48,642 nt of DNA from Vitrella brassicaformis CCMP3155 (Eukaryota; Protista; Chromerida). Position 1 is the first letter of the stretch, and each line of letters begins with the position of its first letter. A model generated the notes under the pieces. It made no database searches. It had not been told where the DNA came from and saw only the letters and a list, made by a program, of their open reading frames with translations. The stretch covers positions 1-48,642 of the forward strand of contig CDMY01000575.1 of assembly GCA_001179505.1 (NCBI GenBank), given 5' to 3'. A program made the position numbers and the translations under genes. Below, one piece after another: positions 48,129 to 48,642 of this stretch.

Positions 48129-48642
48129 GCATCTGCAGCAGGCGCGTGACTGGTGCATGTGTCGTGTGTTACTGGATCTGTGTGGATCCGTGTGTACAGT
48201 CAGGGGGGCTGGTGGCATGATCAGATGCGCTGTGCTAGAGACTGTCTGTGTGGGGATTCATTGGTATTTATTCATGTGCTGATAACCTTCGGTCACCACG
48301 CAGCTCGCAAATCACCCAACGGAACAAGGTGATGTATTCGCCGCGAGAGTCAAATACGCCGCCCTCGGGCCGGCCCTTATCGCTCCCTGCATCGCACCGG
48401 TCTGAGTCACACGCACAGTCGTCCACACATCCGTCATCTCGCCTCTCGGCACTGCTGCTCGACAGAATCCATTGCAAAGAGGGGGGGAAACTGTCATTAA
48501 CCGTAACACTCGTCTGTGTGTCCGTGATACTCATACAAATACAGTCCCATCAGCACGCAGACTCAAACAGGCTCAAGGGGAGGAGGGATCAATCCCCGCC
48601 CCATCAGCACACCCCAGTCCCGCAAACCCTCCCCTCCCTCCC

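Noticed and set aside
48268-48534. 88-aa minus-strand ORF at the window end
   Set aside because: No recognisable motif or clear splice context. It could be a terminal exon of a gene outside the window, but this cannot be supported.
1-48642. CRISPR arrays, rRNA/tRNA genes, transposases, spliced-leader relics
   Set aside because: None recognised by eye. Repeats are simple microsatellites, and no dinoflagellate-type spliced-leader sequence was seen upstream of starts. tRNAscan, Infernal and RepeatMasker were not run.

Overview
Eukaryotic nuclear DNA: GC-rich, gene-dense, with many short spliceosomal introns full of microsatellites. Bipartite plastid leaders (IspD, GPx, a helical-repeat protein), the intron style and a lineage-type hypothetical protein suggest a chromerid alga, most likely Vitrella brassicaformis (inference). 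I reconstructed 15 gene models by hand: cyclin (5'-truncated, +), DUF4211/CCDC82-like (-), SET-domain protein (+), SDR (-), NAE1 (+), a frameshifted expanded-family gene (-), Cys-GPx (-), HPR/OPR-like protein (+), a ~3,200-aa orphan (+), YtcJ-like amidohydrolase (-), citrate synthase (+), alpha-arrestin (-), ppGalNAc-T (+), NSRP1 (-) and IspD (+). There are three 300-N gaps, and the apparent triplication at 842-3977 is probably an assembly artefact. I found no rRNA, tRNA, CRISPR array or recognisable transposon. The most interesting signals are non-coding. (1) Many introns pair a 5' AC/CAGA repeat with a complementary 3' GT/TCTG repeat, suggesting RNA-structure-assisted splicing. (2) Twelve genes form six head-to-head pairs with 90-330 nt start-to-start spacers; all six spacers carry TGCG(A/C)GCT(T/C) and four also carry AGATCTGC, a candidate bidirectional-promoter code. 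All motif counts and exon boundaries come from manual reading and need computational confirmation.
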